NCBI GenBank assembly: GCA_018262835.1
Contig: JADFDP010000002.1
Span: 34,873 to 98,872 of the forward strand
Source: Candidatus Aminicenantes bacterium
GTDB taxonomy: Bacteria > Acidobacteriota > Aminicenantia > UBA2199
Reading direction: 5' to 3'
Length of the DNA stretch: 64,000 bases
The position numbers and the translations under genes were made by a program. Shown here piece after piece: positions 1 through 8,700 of the stretch. Within the stretch, counting starts at the first letter, position 1, and each line of letters starts with the position of its first letter. A model generated the notes under the pieces. The model was not told the origin of the DNA, searched no databases, and saw only the letters and a list, made by a program, of their open reading frames with translations.

Positions 1-206
1 GGGTCATGCTTGACAATTTTCCCCTGGAACGGGTGAGCCGGGCCGTGGCCCTGAACCGGGGGCGGGCCAAACTTGAGATCTCCGGCAATGTCACCCTGGA
101 CGACATTGCCGGCAAAGCGGCAACGGGCGTGGATTTTATTTCGGCCGGGGCCCTGACCCATTCGTTCCGCTCCCTGGATTTGAATTTGAAGATCGTGAGG
201 CCATGA
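1..206 (+). CDS. nadC: Nicotinate-nucleotide pyrophosphorylase (carboxylating), C-terminal part, truncated by the window edge
   Basis: MLDNF, LEISGNVT and GVDFISAGALTHS motifs of QAPRTase; directly upstream of nadB. Confidence 0.95.
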   Translation, partial: VMLDNFPLERVSRAVALNRGRAKLEISGNVTLDDIAGKAATGVDFISAGALTHSFRSLDLNLKIVRP

Positions 207-1784
207 ATGAAGGATTATATTGAAACTGACGTGCTGATCATCGGCGGCGGCATCGCCGGCTCCACGACCGCCTTACGGCTTGCCGAGCAGGGGATCGAGG
301 TGCTCCTGGTCTCCAAGGGCAAGGATTATACCCGCACCAACACCTACTACGCCCAGGGGGGGATCGCCGCCCTGCCGGAGGGAGAGAAGGCCGAGCTGTT
401 CGCCGGTGATATCATCAAGGCCGGGGACGAATTCAATTACCGTCCGGCGGTCGACCAGGCGGTCGGGGACTCGCGGCGCCTGGTGTGGGAGATATTGATC
501 GACAGGCTGCAGGTCCCTTTTTCAAAAAAAGGAGACCAGTACGACCTGGCCAAGGAGGGGGGGCATTCCACGCGGCGGGTGCTCAATGTCCGCGACATGA
601 CCGGGCGCGTCATCCAGGATAAATTTAATGAGGCCCTGCAGAATCTGCCCAAGCTGAAAATGCTTTTCCAGCACACGGCGGTCGACCTGCTGAGCTATCC
701 CCACCATTCGCTGAACCCGGTGCGCACCTACGAGGAGCCCAAGATCATCGGCGCCTACGTGCTCGACCAGAAGAGCAAGAAAATATCACGCATCTTCGCC
801 AGGAAAGTGGTGCTGGCTACCGGAGGGCTGAGCAGCTTGTTCCTGCATTCCACCAATCCCGAAGAAGCCATCGGCAACGGCATCGCCATGGCCTCACGCG
901 CCGGGGCGCGCCTGGCCAACCTGGAATACATCCAGTTCCATCCCACTTCGCTTTACCACCGCGAAGCCGACAGTTTCCTGATCTCCGAGGCCGTGCGCGG
1001 CGAAGGCGCGCGGCTGATGAACCTCAAGGGCGAGTATTTCATGGAAAAATACTCGCCGCTGAAGGACCTGGCCCCGCGCGATGAAGTCTCGCGGGCCATT
1101 TACGAAGAAATGATCCGCAACGGCAACGATTACGCACTGCTCGACCTGGCCTCGTTCGCCAAGATCAATATCCGTGAAAGGTTTCCGACCATATACCAGA
1201 ACTGCCTGAAATACGGCATCAACATCGAAGAGAAGCCGATCCCGGTGGTCCCGGCCGCCCATTACAGCTGCGGCGGCGTATTGTGCGACCTGCGCGGGCG
1301 CAGCAGCATCCGCAACCTCTACGCCATCGGCGAAGTTTCGGCCACGGGCGTGCACGGCGCCAACCGCCTGGCTTCGGTCTCCCTTCTGGAAGCCCTGGTC
1401 TGGGGGATTAAGGCGGCTGAGGATATCCTGGCCGTGATCGCCGACGACAGGGACCCTTACGTCATCGCCGAGGTCCCGGCCTGGAAATATCCCTATCCCC
1501 AGGAAAAGCTCGACCCGGCCCTGGTTTGGCAGGACCTGGTGACCATCAAGACCATCATGTGGAATTACAACGGCATCATCCGCACCGTCAAGCGCATGGA
1601 GCGGGCCAAGGCCGACCTGGAATACCTCAAGCACCGCATCGAGAAATTCTACCAGCAGAGCGAGATCGGCAACCGCATCATCACCCTGCGCGACAGCGTG
1701 CAGGCCGCGCTGCTCATCGTGGAAGCGGCCCTGCGCAATCGCTTTTCGCGCGGCGCCCACTTCATCAAGGGCGACGAAAGCTAG
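207..1784 (+). CDS. nadB: L-aspartate oxidase
   Basis: GGGIAG FAD motif, AQGGIAA, EGGHS, QFHPT, LISEAVRGEG, HGANRLAS, SRGAHF; adjacent to nadC. Confidence 0.96.
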   Translation: MKDYIETDVLIIGGGIAGSTTALRLAEQGIEVLLVSKGKDYTRTNTYYAQGGIAALPEGEKAELFAGDIIKAGDEFNYRPAVDQAVGDSRRLVWEILIDRLQVPFSKKGDQYDLAKEGGHSTRRVLNVRDMTGRVIQDKFNEALQNLPKLKMLFQHTAVDLLSYPHHSLNPVRTYEEPKIIGAYVLDQKSKKISRIFARKVVLATGGLSSLFLHSTNPEEAIGNGIAMASRAGARLANLEYIQFHPTSLYHREADSFLISEAVRGEGARLMNLKGEYFMEKYSPLKDLAPRDEVSRAIYEEMIRNGNDYALLDLASFAKINIRERFPTIYQNCLKYGINIEEKPIPVVPAAHYSCGGVLCDLRGRSSIRNLYAIGEVSATGVHGANRLASVSLLEALVWGIKAAEDILAVIADDRDPYVIAEVPAWKYPYPQEKLDPALVWQDLVTIKTIMWNYNGIIRTVKRMERAKADLEYLKHRIEKFYQQSEIGNRIITLRDSVQAALLIVEAALRNRFSRGAHFIKGDES

Positions 1785-1920
1785 CCGCCGAGGAGCTTGT
1801 TGACCGCCCCGTGTTTCTTTTCAGGGAAAGCGGATCACGGCGAAAAAAAATTTCCTGACAATTTTCATTTTGAGATTTATCAGCGTATATTCGTATTCAT
1901 CAGTATGACAAGGAGGGAAT

Positions 1921-2436
1921 ATGAAGAAAAACAATCTATGGGGATCGCTGGTATTGCTGATCATCGTGATCTGGCTGTTTCCTGGGTTTCTCTTGTCCGG
2001 CCTGGATCAGCCGAAGATCCACAAGGAGCTGGTTAAAGTCCCCTACCCAAATCCGACCCCGGTCCTTAAAGCCACGATGCGCACCACTGCCGGCCACGGG
2101 TGCTGCTGGAACCCCTCCGACCCCAGCCCCCTGGAGTCGATCGTTGTTGCTTTCTTCGACACGGATATCATTGAGTTGAAGAATTTCGGTTTGCTCTCCG
2201 CTAAAAAGGGAACATTGATCGTGGAATGGTATGATCTCTATGAGAAAAAAAAGATGGAAAAGGCCTTTGATTTTCTGGAGGTCACGCCGGGCGAGTCGAA
2301 GATCCTGATCTTCAACCCGCAGTACATCATCGCCAAAAAAAGTGAAGGCATCAGTATCAGGATCGATTACAAGGATGCCGCGAATAAAAACTATCATTAT
2401 CAGCGCACGGTGACCAGCTGCCCGGATCATTTTTAA
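1921..2436 (+). CDS. Hypothetical exported protein
   Basis: AAGGAGG SD upstream; basic plus hydrophobic N-terminal signal; no recognisable family. Confidence 0.75.
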   Translation: MKKNNLWGSLVLLIIVIWLFPGFLLSGLDQPKIHKELVKVPYPNPTPVLKATMRTTAGHGCCWNPSDPSPLESIVVAFFDTDIIELKNFGLLSAKKGTLIVEWYDLYEKKKMEKAFDFLEVTPGESKILIFNPQYIIAKKSEGISIRIDYKDAANKNYHYQRTVTSCPDHF

Positions 2437-2510
2437 AGGGCATTTTTAACTGGGATACGGTTCGCTCAGAAAGGCCGTGATTTCCCGCGGCGGGTAGCGC
2501 CGGCCGCGCG

Positions 2511-2690
2511 TTAAAGGTATCCCAGCGTTTTCATCTCTTCGATCTCGCCGGCCGGCAGCTTTTGCAGGTTCATTCCTGTCGAAAAATCCTTGGGGTCGCG
2601 AAAACGGCCGTACCAGTTCAGAAAACGGGCTGTGAAATAATCCGCCAACTGCGGGAAGCGGCGGCTGACTTCTTTTCATCGCCGTCGACC
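2511..2690 (-). pseudogene. C-terminal remnant of a sulfatase/alkaline-phosphatase-superfamily gene
   Basis: Minus frame reads KEVSRRFPQLADYFTARFLNWY...EIEEMKTLGYL*, preceded across a frameshift by DGDEK; resembles the DPxE...P and LGYL* sulfatase-type tail; no catalytic domain. Confidence 0.6.
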
Positions 2691-2695
2691 GGCGG

Positions 2696-4489
2696 TTACT
2701 CCTCGAGCTCGAGCGCGGCCAGGAAGGCTTCCTGGGGGATGTCGATCTTGCCGATGCGCTTCATGCGCTTCTTGCCTTTCTTCTGCTTTTCCAGCAGCTT
2801 CATCTTGCGCGAGATGTCGCCGCCGTAGCACTTGGCCAAAACGTTCTTGCGCATGGCCTTGACCACGGTCTTGGCGATGACCCGCTTGTTGATGGCCGCC
2901 TGGATGACGACTTCGAAGAGCTGGCGGGGGATCACCTCTTTCATCTTGCTGGTCAGGAGGTTGCCGACGTTGTAGGCCTTGTCCTTGTGGACAATGACGG
3001 CCAGGGCGTCGACCGGCTGCTGGTTGATCAGGATGTCGAGCTTGACCAGCGGCGATTCGCGGTAGTCCTTCAGCTCGTAATCGAACGACGCGTACCCCTG
3101 CGAAATGGATTTCAGCTTGTTGAAAAAATCGTAAAGCACCTCAGCCAGAGGCAGGTCGTAGGTCAGGTAAACTCGCTGCGGGCCGATGTATTCCATTTTT
3201 TTATGGACGCCGCGGCGGTTCTGCAGCAGCTTCAGCACGTTGCCCAGGAATTCGTCGGGAGTGATGACGATGGCCTCGATGTACGGTTCTTCGATCTTCT
3301 TGTAATACTGCGGGTTGGGCAGCTGGGCCGGCGATTCGATCTCGTAGGTCTCGTCCTTGTTCGAGGTGATGCGGTAGCGCACCGATGGGGCGGTGGTGAT
3401 GATGGAAAGGAAATACTCCCGTTCCAGGCGCTCCTGGACGATCTCCTTGTGCAGCAGTCCCAGGAAGCCGCAGCGAAAGCCGATGCCCAAAGCCGGCGAC
3501 GATTCCGGTTCGTAGGTCAGGGAGGAATCGTTCAGGGTAAGCTTTTCAATGGCCTCGCGCAGTTCTTCATGGCTGGTGCCCTCGGAAGGGTAGAAGCCGG
3601 CAAAAACCATGGGCAGAGGCTCCTTGAATCCGGGAAGGGCAATCACCCCGGTCTCCCTGGACAGGGTGACGGTATCGCCGATCTTGACTTCCGAGATGTT
3701 CTTGATGCTGGCGATGATGTAGCCGACTTCGCCGGCTTCCAAGCTGTCCAAGGGCTTTGGCTTCGGGGTATTGACTCCCACTTCGTTGATCTCGTATTCG
3801 GCGTTGTTGGACAGGAACTTGATCTTGTCGCCCTTTTTCATGATGCCGTCGATGATCTTGATCAGGATGATCACGCCGCGGTAGGAGTCAAACCAGGAAT
3901 CAAAAATCAAGGCCTGCAGGGGCCGTAGCGGATCGCCGGACGGTGCCGGGATACGCTGGATGATGGCCGGGATGATCTCGTCGATGCCTAGCCCGGTCTT
4001 GGCCGATACCATCAGCGCCTCCTGGCGCGGGATGCCCAGGATGTTTTCCATCTGCTCAAGGGATTTGTCCAGTTCGTTGTTCGGCAGATCGATCTTGTTC
4101 ATGATCGGGATCAGGGTCAGGTCGTTTTCCATGGCCAGGTAGGTGTTGGCCACGGTCTGGGCTTCCACGCCTTGCGTAGAATCGATGACCAGCAGAGCAC
4201 CTTCGCAGGCGGCCAGGGAGCGGGATACCTCGTAGGTGAAATCGATATGTCCCGGCGTGTCGATCAGGTTGAGCAGATATTCCTGGCCCTGGTCGTCACG
4301 GTACTCCAGGCGGACAAAATGTGATTTGATGGTGATGCCGCGCTCACGTTCCAGGTCCATGGAGTCGAGCACCTGCTCCTGCATGTCGCGCTTGGCGATG
4401 GCATGGGTGATTTCCAACAGGCGGTCCGAAAGGGTCGTCTTGCCGTGGTCGATATGGGCGATGATGGAAAAATTGCGGATATTTTTCAT
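2696..4489 (-). CDS. lepA: Elongation factor 4 (LepA)
   Basis: [33 protein letters not shown] and C-terminal [10 protein letters not shown]. Confidence 0.99.
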   Translation of the reverse strand: MKNIRNFSIIAHIDHGKTTLSDRLLEITHAIAKRDMQEQVLDSMDLERERGITIKSHFVRLEYRDDQGQEYLLNLIDTPGHIDFTYEVSRSLAACEGALLVIDSTQGVEAQTVANTYLAMENDLTLIPIMNKIDLPNNELDKSLEQMENILGIPRQEALMVSAKTGLGIDEIIPAIIQRIPAPSGDPLRPLQALIFDSWFDSYRGVIILIKIIDGIMKKGDKIKFLSNNAEYEINEVGVNTPKPKPLDSLEAGEVGYIIASIKNISEVKIGDTVTLSRETGVIALPGFKEPLPMVFAGFYPSEGTSHEELREAIEKLTLNDSSLTYEPESSPALGIGFRCGFLGLLHKEIVQERLEREYFLSIITTAPSVRYRITSNKDETYEIESPAQLPNPQYYKKIEEPYIEAIVITPDEFLGNVLKLLQNRRGVHKKMEYIGPQRVYLTYDLPLAEVLYDFFNKLKSISQGYASFDYELKDYRESPLVKLDILINQQPVDALAVIVHKDKAYNVGNLLTSKMKEVIPRQLFEVVIQAAINKRVIAKTVVKAMRKNVLAKCYGGDISRKMKLLEKQKKGKKRMKRIGKIDIPQEAFLAALELEE

Positions 4490-5409
4490 GGCCGTACCGT
4501 CCCGCTATGAGGGGGCAGCATCCCGATGGCCAGGGCGGCGGCTCCGGTCATGCCGGCGCGGTTGCCCAGCCCGGCAGGTTCGATGCGCGTGCAGGCGTAC
4601 GCTTTGCGGATGACCCGGCGCGACAGTTCTTCCCGGGCCGGTTGGAGCAGGGCTTCTCCGGCCGCGGCCACGCCGCCGCCGATGGAAATCCTTTCCGGAT
4701 TGAGCGTGGTGACCAGCTGGTAGAGCAAAACCCCAAGATAGGAGCCGGCGCGGGCGAATGCCCGTCGCGCCGGCTCGACGCCCTCCTGCCACAGCTGAAA
4801 AACGTCTTTGGCGCTGACGGCTGTCGCGGATCCCGAGTACTCCTGGAAACTTTTTATTATCCCCGCTTCAGAGCTTTCGGTCTCGGCGCAGCCGAGATTG
4901 CCGCAGCCGCAGGTACGGCCCTGGCTGTTGACCAGCAGGTGGCCGAGCTCGGCGGCAAAACCGCAGGCGCCGTGCCAGATGCGACCGTCCAGGATGATGC
5001 CCGAGCCAATGCCGCTGCCCAGGGTCAGGTGCACGAAACTGGACGGGCGCGGTTCGCGTAAACTCAGGAACTCTCCCAGCGCGGCCGCGTTGGCGTCGTT
5101 TTCCACCCGCAACGGCAGTTCCAGTCCGGCAGCGATCTCTTTTTCCAGGGCCACGCCGTTGAGAAAAAGCATGTTGGGTGATATTTCGATGGTGCGTTCA
5201 CCTTTGGCGATGAAACCGGGAACGCCGATGCCGGCGGCCCGCAGGTCATGGGCCTTTATCAATCTGCCGGCGATGTCCAGGATCTGGGCTTTCAATTCAG
5301 GGCAGGATTTGGCCGTTTTTTCTTCAGCGGAAAAAAGCGGCTGCAGAGTTCCGGAAAACACCCCGTATTTAATGGCGCCGGCGCCGATGTCCATGCCCAG
5401 AACGTTCAT
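4486..5409 (-). CDS. ROK family sugar kinase (glucokinase-like)
   Basis: [19 protein letters not shown] and ELGH...[13 protein letters not shown] zinc motif; no HTH. Confidence 0.92.
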   Translation of the reverse strand: MNVLGMDIGAGAIKYGVFSGTLQPLFSAEEKTAKSCPELKAQILDIAGRLIKAHDLRAAGIGVPGFIAKGERTIEISPNMLFLNGVALEKEIAAGLELPLRVENDANAAALGEFLSLREPRPSSFVHLTLGSGIGSGIILDGRIWHGACGFAAELGHLLVNSQGRTCGCGNLGCAETESSEAGIIKSFQEYSGSATAVSAKDVFQLWQEGVEPARRAFARAGSYLGVLLYQLVTTLNPERISIGGGVAAAGEALLQPAREELSRRVIRKAYACTRIEPAGLGNRAGMTGAAALAIGMLPPHSGTVRP

Positions 5410-6476
5410 GGGCGAATGCCTTTGACGGCGTACTCGCAGGCGGAAAAAAGCAGCTGGTTCAGGCGATCAACGTTGACGTTGAACGGCCTGGCCAGGGGGT
5501 CGGTGGGCGCGAGCTCTTCAAGTTTTTCCGCCATGGGTTCGGCGCCGTAGAGGATTTCCACGGACGAAAAACCGGAATTTTCCAGCAAATAGCGCATGTA
5601 TTCCGGGTGCAGGGGGCTGTGGTGGGTGGGATCGAGGAAATAGATCCGGCTCAAGGCGAAAACGCTGAGCGGGTTGATGGTTTCCAGCAGCAGGATCGCT
5701 CCCGGGCGCAGGACGCGAAAAGCTTCACTGATGACGCGGCGCAGGTAGTCGGGCTGGAAGTGCTCGATGACCTGGGAGGAAAATATGCCGTCCAGGGACG
5801 CCGCGGGCCTGTTTTTCAAAAATTGCAGGGCATCGGCTTTTGCGCAGTCCAGGCCTTGGGCGTGCGCCTCCTCCAGCATGGAATCGGAAAGGTCCAGGCC
5901 CAGGGCTTGCTGGCCGTTGTTTTTCAGCAGGGTCAAAAATTCGCCGCGGCCGCAGCCGACGTCCAGGATTTCCCGGCGCCCGGCGAACAGGGGCAGGTAT
6001 TTGGCCAGCCGGAGCGAAATTTCCTCGCGGCTGCCGCGGAAGCGCTTTTCGAAATCGGCGTACTGGATGGGGGAAAGCTGTTCCTTGAGCGAGCGCAGCT
6101 CGGCTGTGGTCTCCGGGGCTGCCTTGCCGTCAAGGGATTCCAGGAGGCGGTCCAGCCTGTTTTCCAGCTGGGCGAAATGGACCAGCAGGGTCTTGAGGTT
6201 GGAGTATTCGGCCTCCAGTTTTTCGATCTTCCATTGCAGCGACTTGAAGACCGTGGTGGAATGGTTGCTGGCGTAGGCGTCCCATTCCTTGTCCTGGGCG
6301 GTGATGAAAAGCTCCAGCGCTTCCTGGAAACGGGAGACGTTGGCCTGGATCTCGGCTTCGTTCTTTTTGAAGAGTCCCGGCTTGGAAACGGCGGCGGCCA
6401 GGTCGTTCAAACTGGCTTTCAGTTCATCCCGACGGGTCTTCCTCTTTTCGATCAGGTCTTCAATTACCCTTCTCAT
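5406..6476 (-). CDS. Class I SAM-dependent methyltransferase with N-terminal coiled coil
   Basis: [36 protein letters not shown]; helical N-terminal ~135 aa. Confidence 0.88.
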   Translation of the reverse strand: MRRVIEDLIEKRKTRRDELKASLNDLAAAVSKPGLFKKNEAEIQANVSRFQEALELFITAQDKEWDAYASNHSTTVFKSLQWKIEKLEAEYSNLKTLLVHFAQLENRLDRLLESLDGKAAPETTAELRSLKEQLSPIQYADFEKRFRGSREEISLRLAKYLPLFAGRREILDVGCGRGEFLTLLKNNGQQALGLDLSDSMLEEAHAQGLDCAKADALQFLKNRPAASLDGIFSSQVIEHFQPDYLRRVISEAFRVLRPGAILLLETINPLSVFALSRIYFLDPTHHSPLHPEYMRYLLENSGFSSVEILYGAEPMAEKLEELAPTDPLARPFNVNVDRLNQLLFSACEYAVKGIRP

Positions 6477-6642
6477 CCTTGGATTTTTCTTCGTTCTTGT
6501 CTTCGCCCTTGACAGCGTTCTTGAAGTTCTTGATGCCCTGGCCCAGGCCCTTGCCCAGTTCGGGGAGCTTCTTGCCGCCGAAAAGCAGGGCGATGACGAC
6601 CACTATCAGCAATATTTCCCAGATTCCCAAGCTTCCAAACAT
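6460..6642 (-). CDS. tatA: Twin-arginine translocase TatA/TatE
   Basis: Single TM followed by [31 protein letters not shown]. Confidence 0.96.
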   Translation of the reverse strand: MFGSLGIWEILLIVVVIALLFGGKKLPELGKGLGQGIKNFKNAVKGEDKNEEKSKDEKGN

Positions 6643-6662
6643 GTTGGTCTCCTTATGCCTGT

Positions 6663-6691
6663 ATTATATGTGGGAAACCCTGTTCAGTCAA
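6663..6691 (-). promoter_or_regulatory. Sigma70 promoter of the tatA operon
   Basis: TTGACT-N17-TATAAT on the minus strand. Confidence 0.85.
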
Positions 6692-6705
6692 GGGAATAAA
6701 GATGA

Positions 6706-6737
6706 GATTCGATGTTCGACGTTCGAAGTTCGATGTT
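6706..6737. repeat. Heptamer tandem repeat (nGTTCGA)x4
   Basis: gattcga tgttcga cgttcga agttcga tgtt. Confidence 0.75.
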
Positions 6738-6769
6738 AAAATGCCATAAATGAGATAATCTTCAGTTAT

Positions 6770-6954
6770 CCAGCGGGCAAGTCTGCCCTGAGTGAACGTG
6801 GGGTGAGGACTTGGGACCCGCTGGGGAGAGGGCGAGTGGTCCCCGCAGGGGGTTCCTCGATGTTCAGATTCGAACCCACTGCTGAAACGAAGCCCGAACC
6901 CCCGCGCGGGTAAGACCGAATCCCCTAGTGAATGAAGGGCAGCTTGCCCGCTGG
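6770..6954. repeat. Structured intergenic element with ~20-bp terminal inverted repeats (REP/MITE-like or ncRNA)
   Basis: ccagcgggcaagtctgccct ... agggcagcttgcccgctgg plus internal stems. Confidence 0.65.
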
Positions 6955-6963
6955 CTTACTACG

Positions 6964-6992
6964 TTGCATTTTTTAATGATTTCTTTTATAGT
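6964..6992 (+). promoter_or_regulatory. Sigma70 promoter
   Basis: TTGCAT-N17-TATAGT, followed by AAGGAGG and ATG at 7018. Confidence 0.75.
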
Positions 6993-7017
6993 AGCGGGGA
7001 ACTAAAAGGAGGTGGCC

Positions 7018-7386
7018 ATGAGCGAGGTGACCCAGGATGTTAGACGCATTCCCTATTTTAAAAACGATCCTTTCATCGTGCTGCTGCTGGGCTTCGTCAC
7101 CTGCGGCCTTTATCTGATCTATTGGAACATCAAAATGGCCGAAGTGGTCAACGCCGTGGTGGAAAAGCAGGTGATCACCCCTCCCGTCGCCATTTTTTCC
7201 GGCTGCTGCTTCCCGGTCAACCTCTACTTTTACTACCTGGTCGGCCAGAACCTGGAAGTGATCGGCCGCAAGGTCGGCAATCCCAGCCTGCAGGACCAGT
7301 CGGTGCTGCTGATCGTGCTCGGATTCTTCGCGCCCATGGTCTCGGCCATGATCGTCCAGGGTGAAATTAACAAGCTTTATAACTGA
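7018..7386 (+). CDS. DUF4234-like small membrane protein
   Basis: LLLGFVTCGLYLIYW and QGEINK motifs; 3 hydrophobic segments; strong SD. Confidence 0.75.
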   Translation: MSEVTQDVRRIPYFKNDPFIVLLLGFVTCGLYLIYWNIKMAEVVNAVVEKQVITPPVAIFSGCCFPVNLYFYYLVGQNLEVIGRKVGNPSLQDQSVLLIVLGFFAPMVSAMIVQGEINKLYN

Positions 7387-7858
7387 GAGCCGGCATAGCT
7401 TTTACTGGCCGCGGCTGCTGGCCCTGGGCCTGCTGGCCGGAGTGCTGCTGCTGCCCCTGCTGGCTTTCGACTGGGTGAATTCGCCCGGCTCTTTGGTCTT
7501 GTGCCCGCTGCGGGCCGTGACCGGTATCCCCTGCCCATCTTGCGGCTTGACCCGCGCCCTGGCCCACCTCGAGCACGGCCACTGGGCCGAGGCGGTGCGC
7601 TTCCACCCTTTCGCCCCCCTGGTCTTTTTGCTGGTCCTGGCTTTGGCCCTGATGCTGGCTTTCGAACTGGTCACCGGCAAAACCGTCATCGGCAACCCGC
7701 TGCGGGACCGGCGCGACGTCTGGCTGGTCTTTGCCGGCCTGGTCGTTTTCCAGGTGGCGCGCACGGTCATTTTCTTCCTGGACGGCGGCTGGACCGTGTT
7801 CTGGCACGAAAACCTTTTCGCCCGGATTATGGCGCTGCTCAAAACGGTTTTTAATTGA
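7361..7858 (+). CDS. DUF2752-like membrane protein
   Basis: CPLRAVTGIPCPSCGLTRA...G.WAEA...HP motif; start uncertain. Confidence 0.82.
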   Translation: MKLTSFITESRHSFYWPRLLALGLLAGVLLLPLLAFDWVNSPGSLVLCPLRAVTGIPCPSCGLTRALAHLEHGHWAEAVRFHPFAPLVFLLVLALALMLAFELVTGKTVIGNPLRDRRDVWLVFAGLVVFQVARTVIFFLDGGWTVFWHENLFARIMALLKTVFN

Positions 7859-7911
7859 CTTTTTGTTTCTTTTGGAGTATCTATGTTTTTGAATATCCAC
7901 AGGAGGCAAAG

Positions 7912-8517
7912 ATGAATTTAGTTGAAAGAGCAAAAAACATTCTGCTGACACCGGCCAAGGAATGGGAAGTGATCAAGGGCGAGAACCTGACTATCGCCGA
8001 CATGTTCACCAAGTACGCCATGATCCTGGCCGCCATTCCCGCCATTGCCGGCTTCATCGGCTATGTCGTGATCGGCATGTCCTTTGGCGGTTTCGGCACT
8101 TTCCGCATGCCTTTCGGCACTGCCCTGATCTGGGCGATCCTGACATACATCCTGTCACTGGGCGGGATCTTCCTGCTGGCTTTCATCATTGATGCTTTGG
8201 CGCCCTCTTTCGGTTGTACGAAAGACATGACCGCCGCGGTCAAGATCGTTGTCTTCTCCTATACCGCAGCCTGGGTGGCGGGCATTTTGAACATCATCCC
8301 GGCTCTGGCCATCCTGGTCAGCCTGGCCAGCATTTACTCGTTGTACCTCATGTACATGGGCATGCAGAAGATCAAGGATGTCCCCAAGGACAAAATGATG
8401 GGGTATTTCGTGGTGACCATCATCGCCGCCATTGTGGTCTTCTTCATCATCGGTTTTGTCGTAAGCCGCGTGGCTTTCGGCAGCATGGCCGGTTTGGCCG
8501 GAGTGAGCGGTTTTTAA
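7912..8517 (+). CDS. Yip1 family membrane protein
   Basis: RAKNILLTPAKEW, IDALAPSFG, YSLYLMY; AGGAGG SD; 5 TMs. Confidence 0.88.
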   Translation: MNLVERAKNILLTPAKEWEVIKGENLTIADMFTKYAMILAAIPAIAGFIGYVVIGMSFGGFGTFRMPFGTALIWAILTYILSLGGIFLLAFIIDALAPSFGCTKDMTAAVKIVVFSYTAAWVAGILNIIPALAILVSLASIYSLYLMYMGMQKIKDVPKDKMMGYFVVTIIAAIVVFFIIGFVVSRVAFGSMAGLAGVSGF

Positions 8518-8544
8518 TTCTTTCCGTCCGATCGCTGCATCATG

Positions 8545-8580
8545 ACCGGGCCGGCACACCGTCGGCCCGGTTTTTTATTT
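8545..8580 (+). terminator. Intrinsic terminator
   Basis: accgggccgg...tcggcccggt stem followed by ttttttattt. Confidence 0.75.
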
Positions 8581-8700
8581 CTCTCTTCATCCGTGGCCAT
8601 GGGTTTGTCCCGGCCGCAATTTTTTCTTTTTTTGCCTGGAATCGTTCGGATTTGAACTTGGGCGGTTGAAATTCATTTTTTTTTCGCCTAGAATGCCGGC

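Noticed and set aside
6850..6880. ttcgaaccc resembling a tRNA T-arm
   Set aside because: No cloverleaf or acceptor stem could be built
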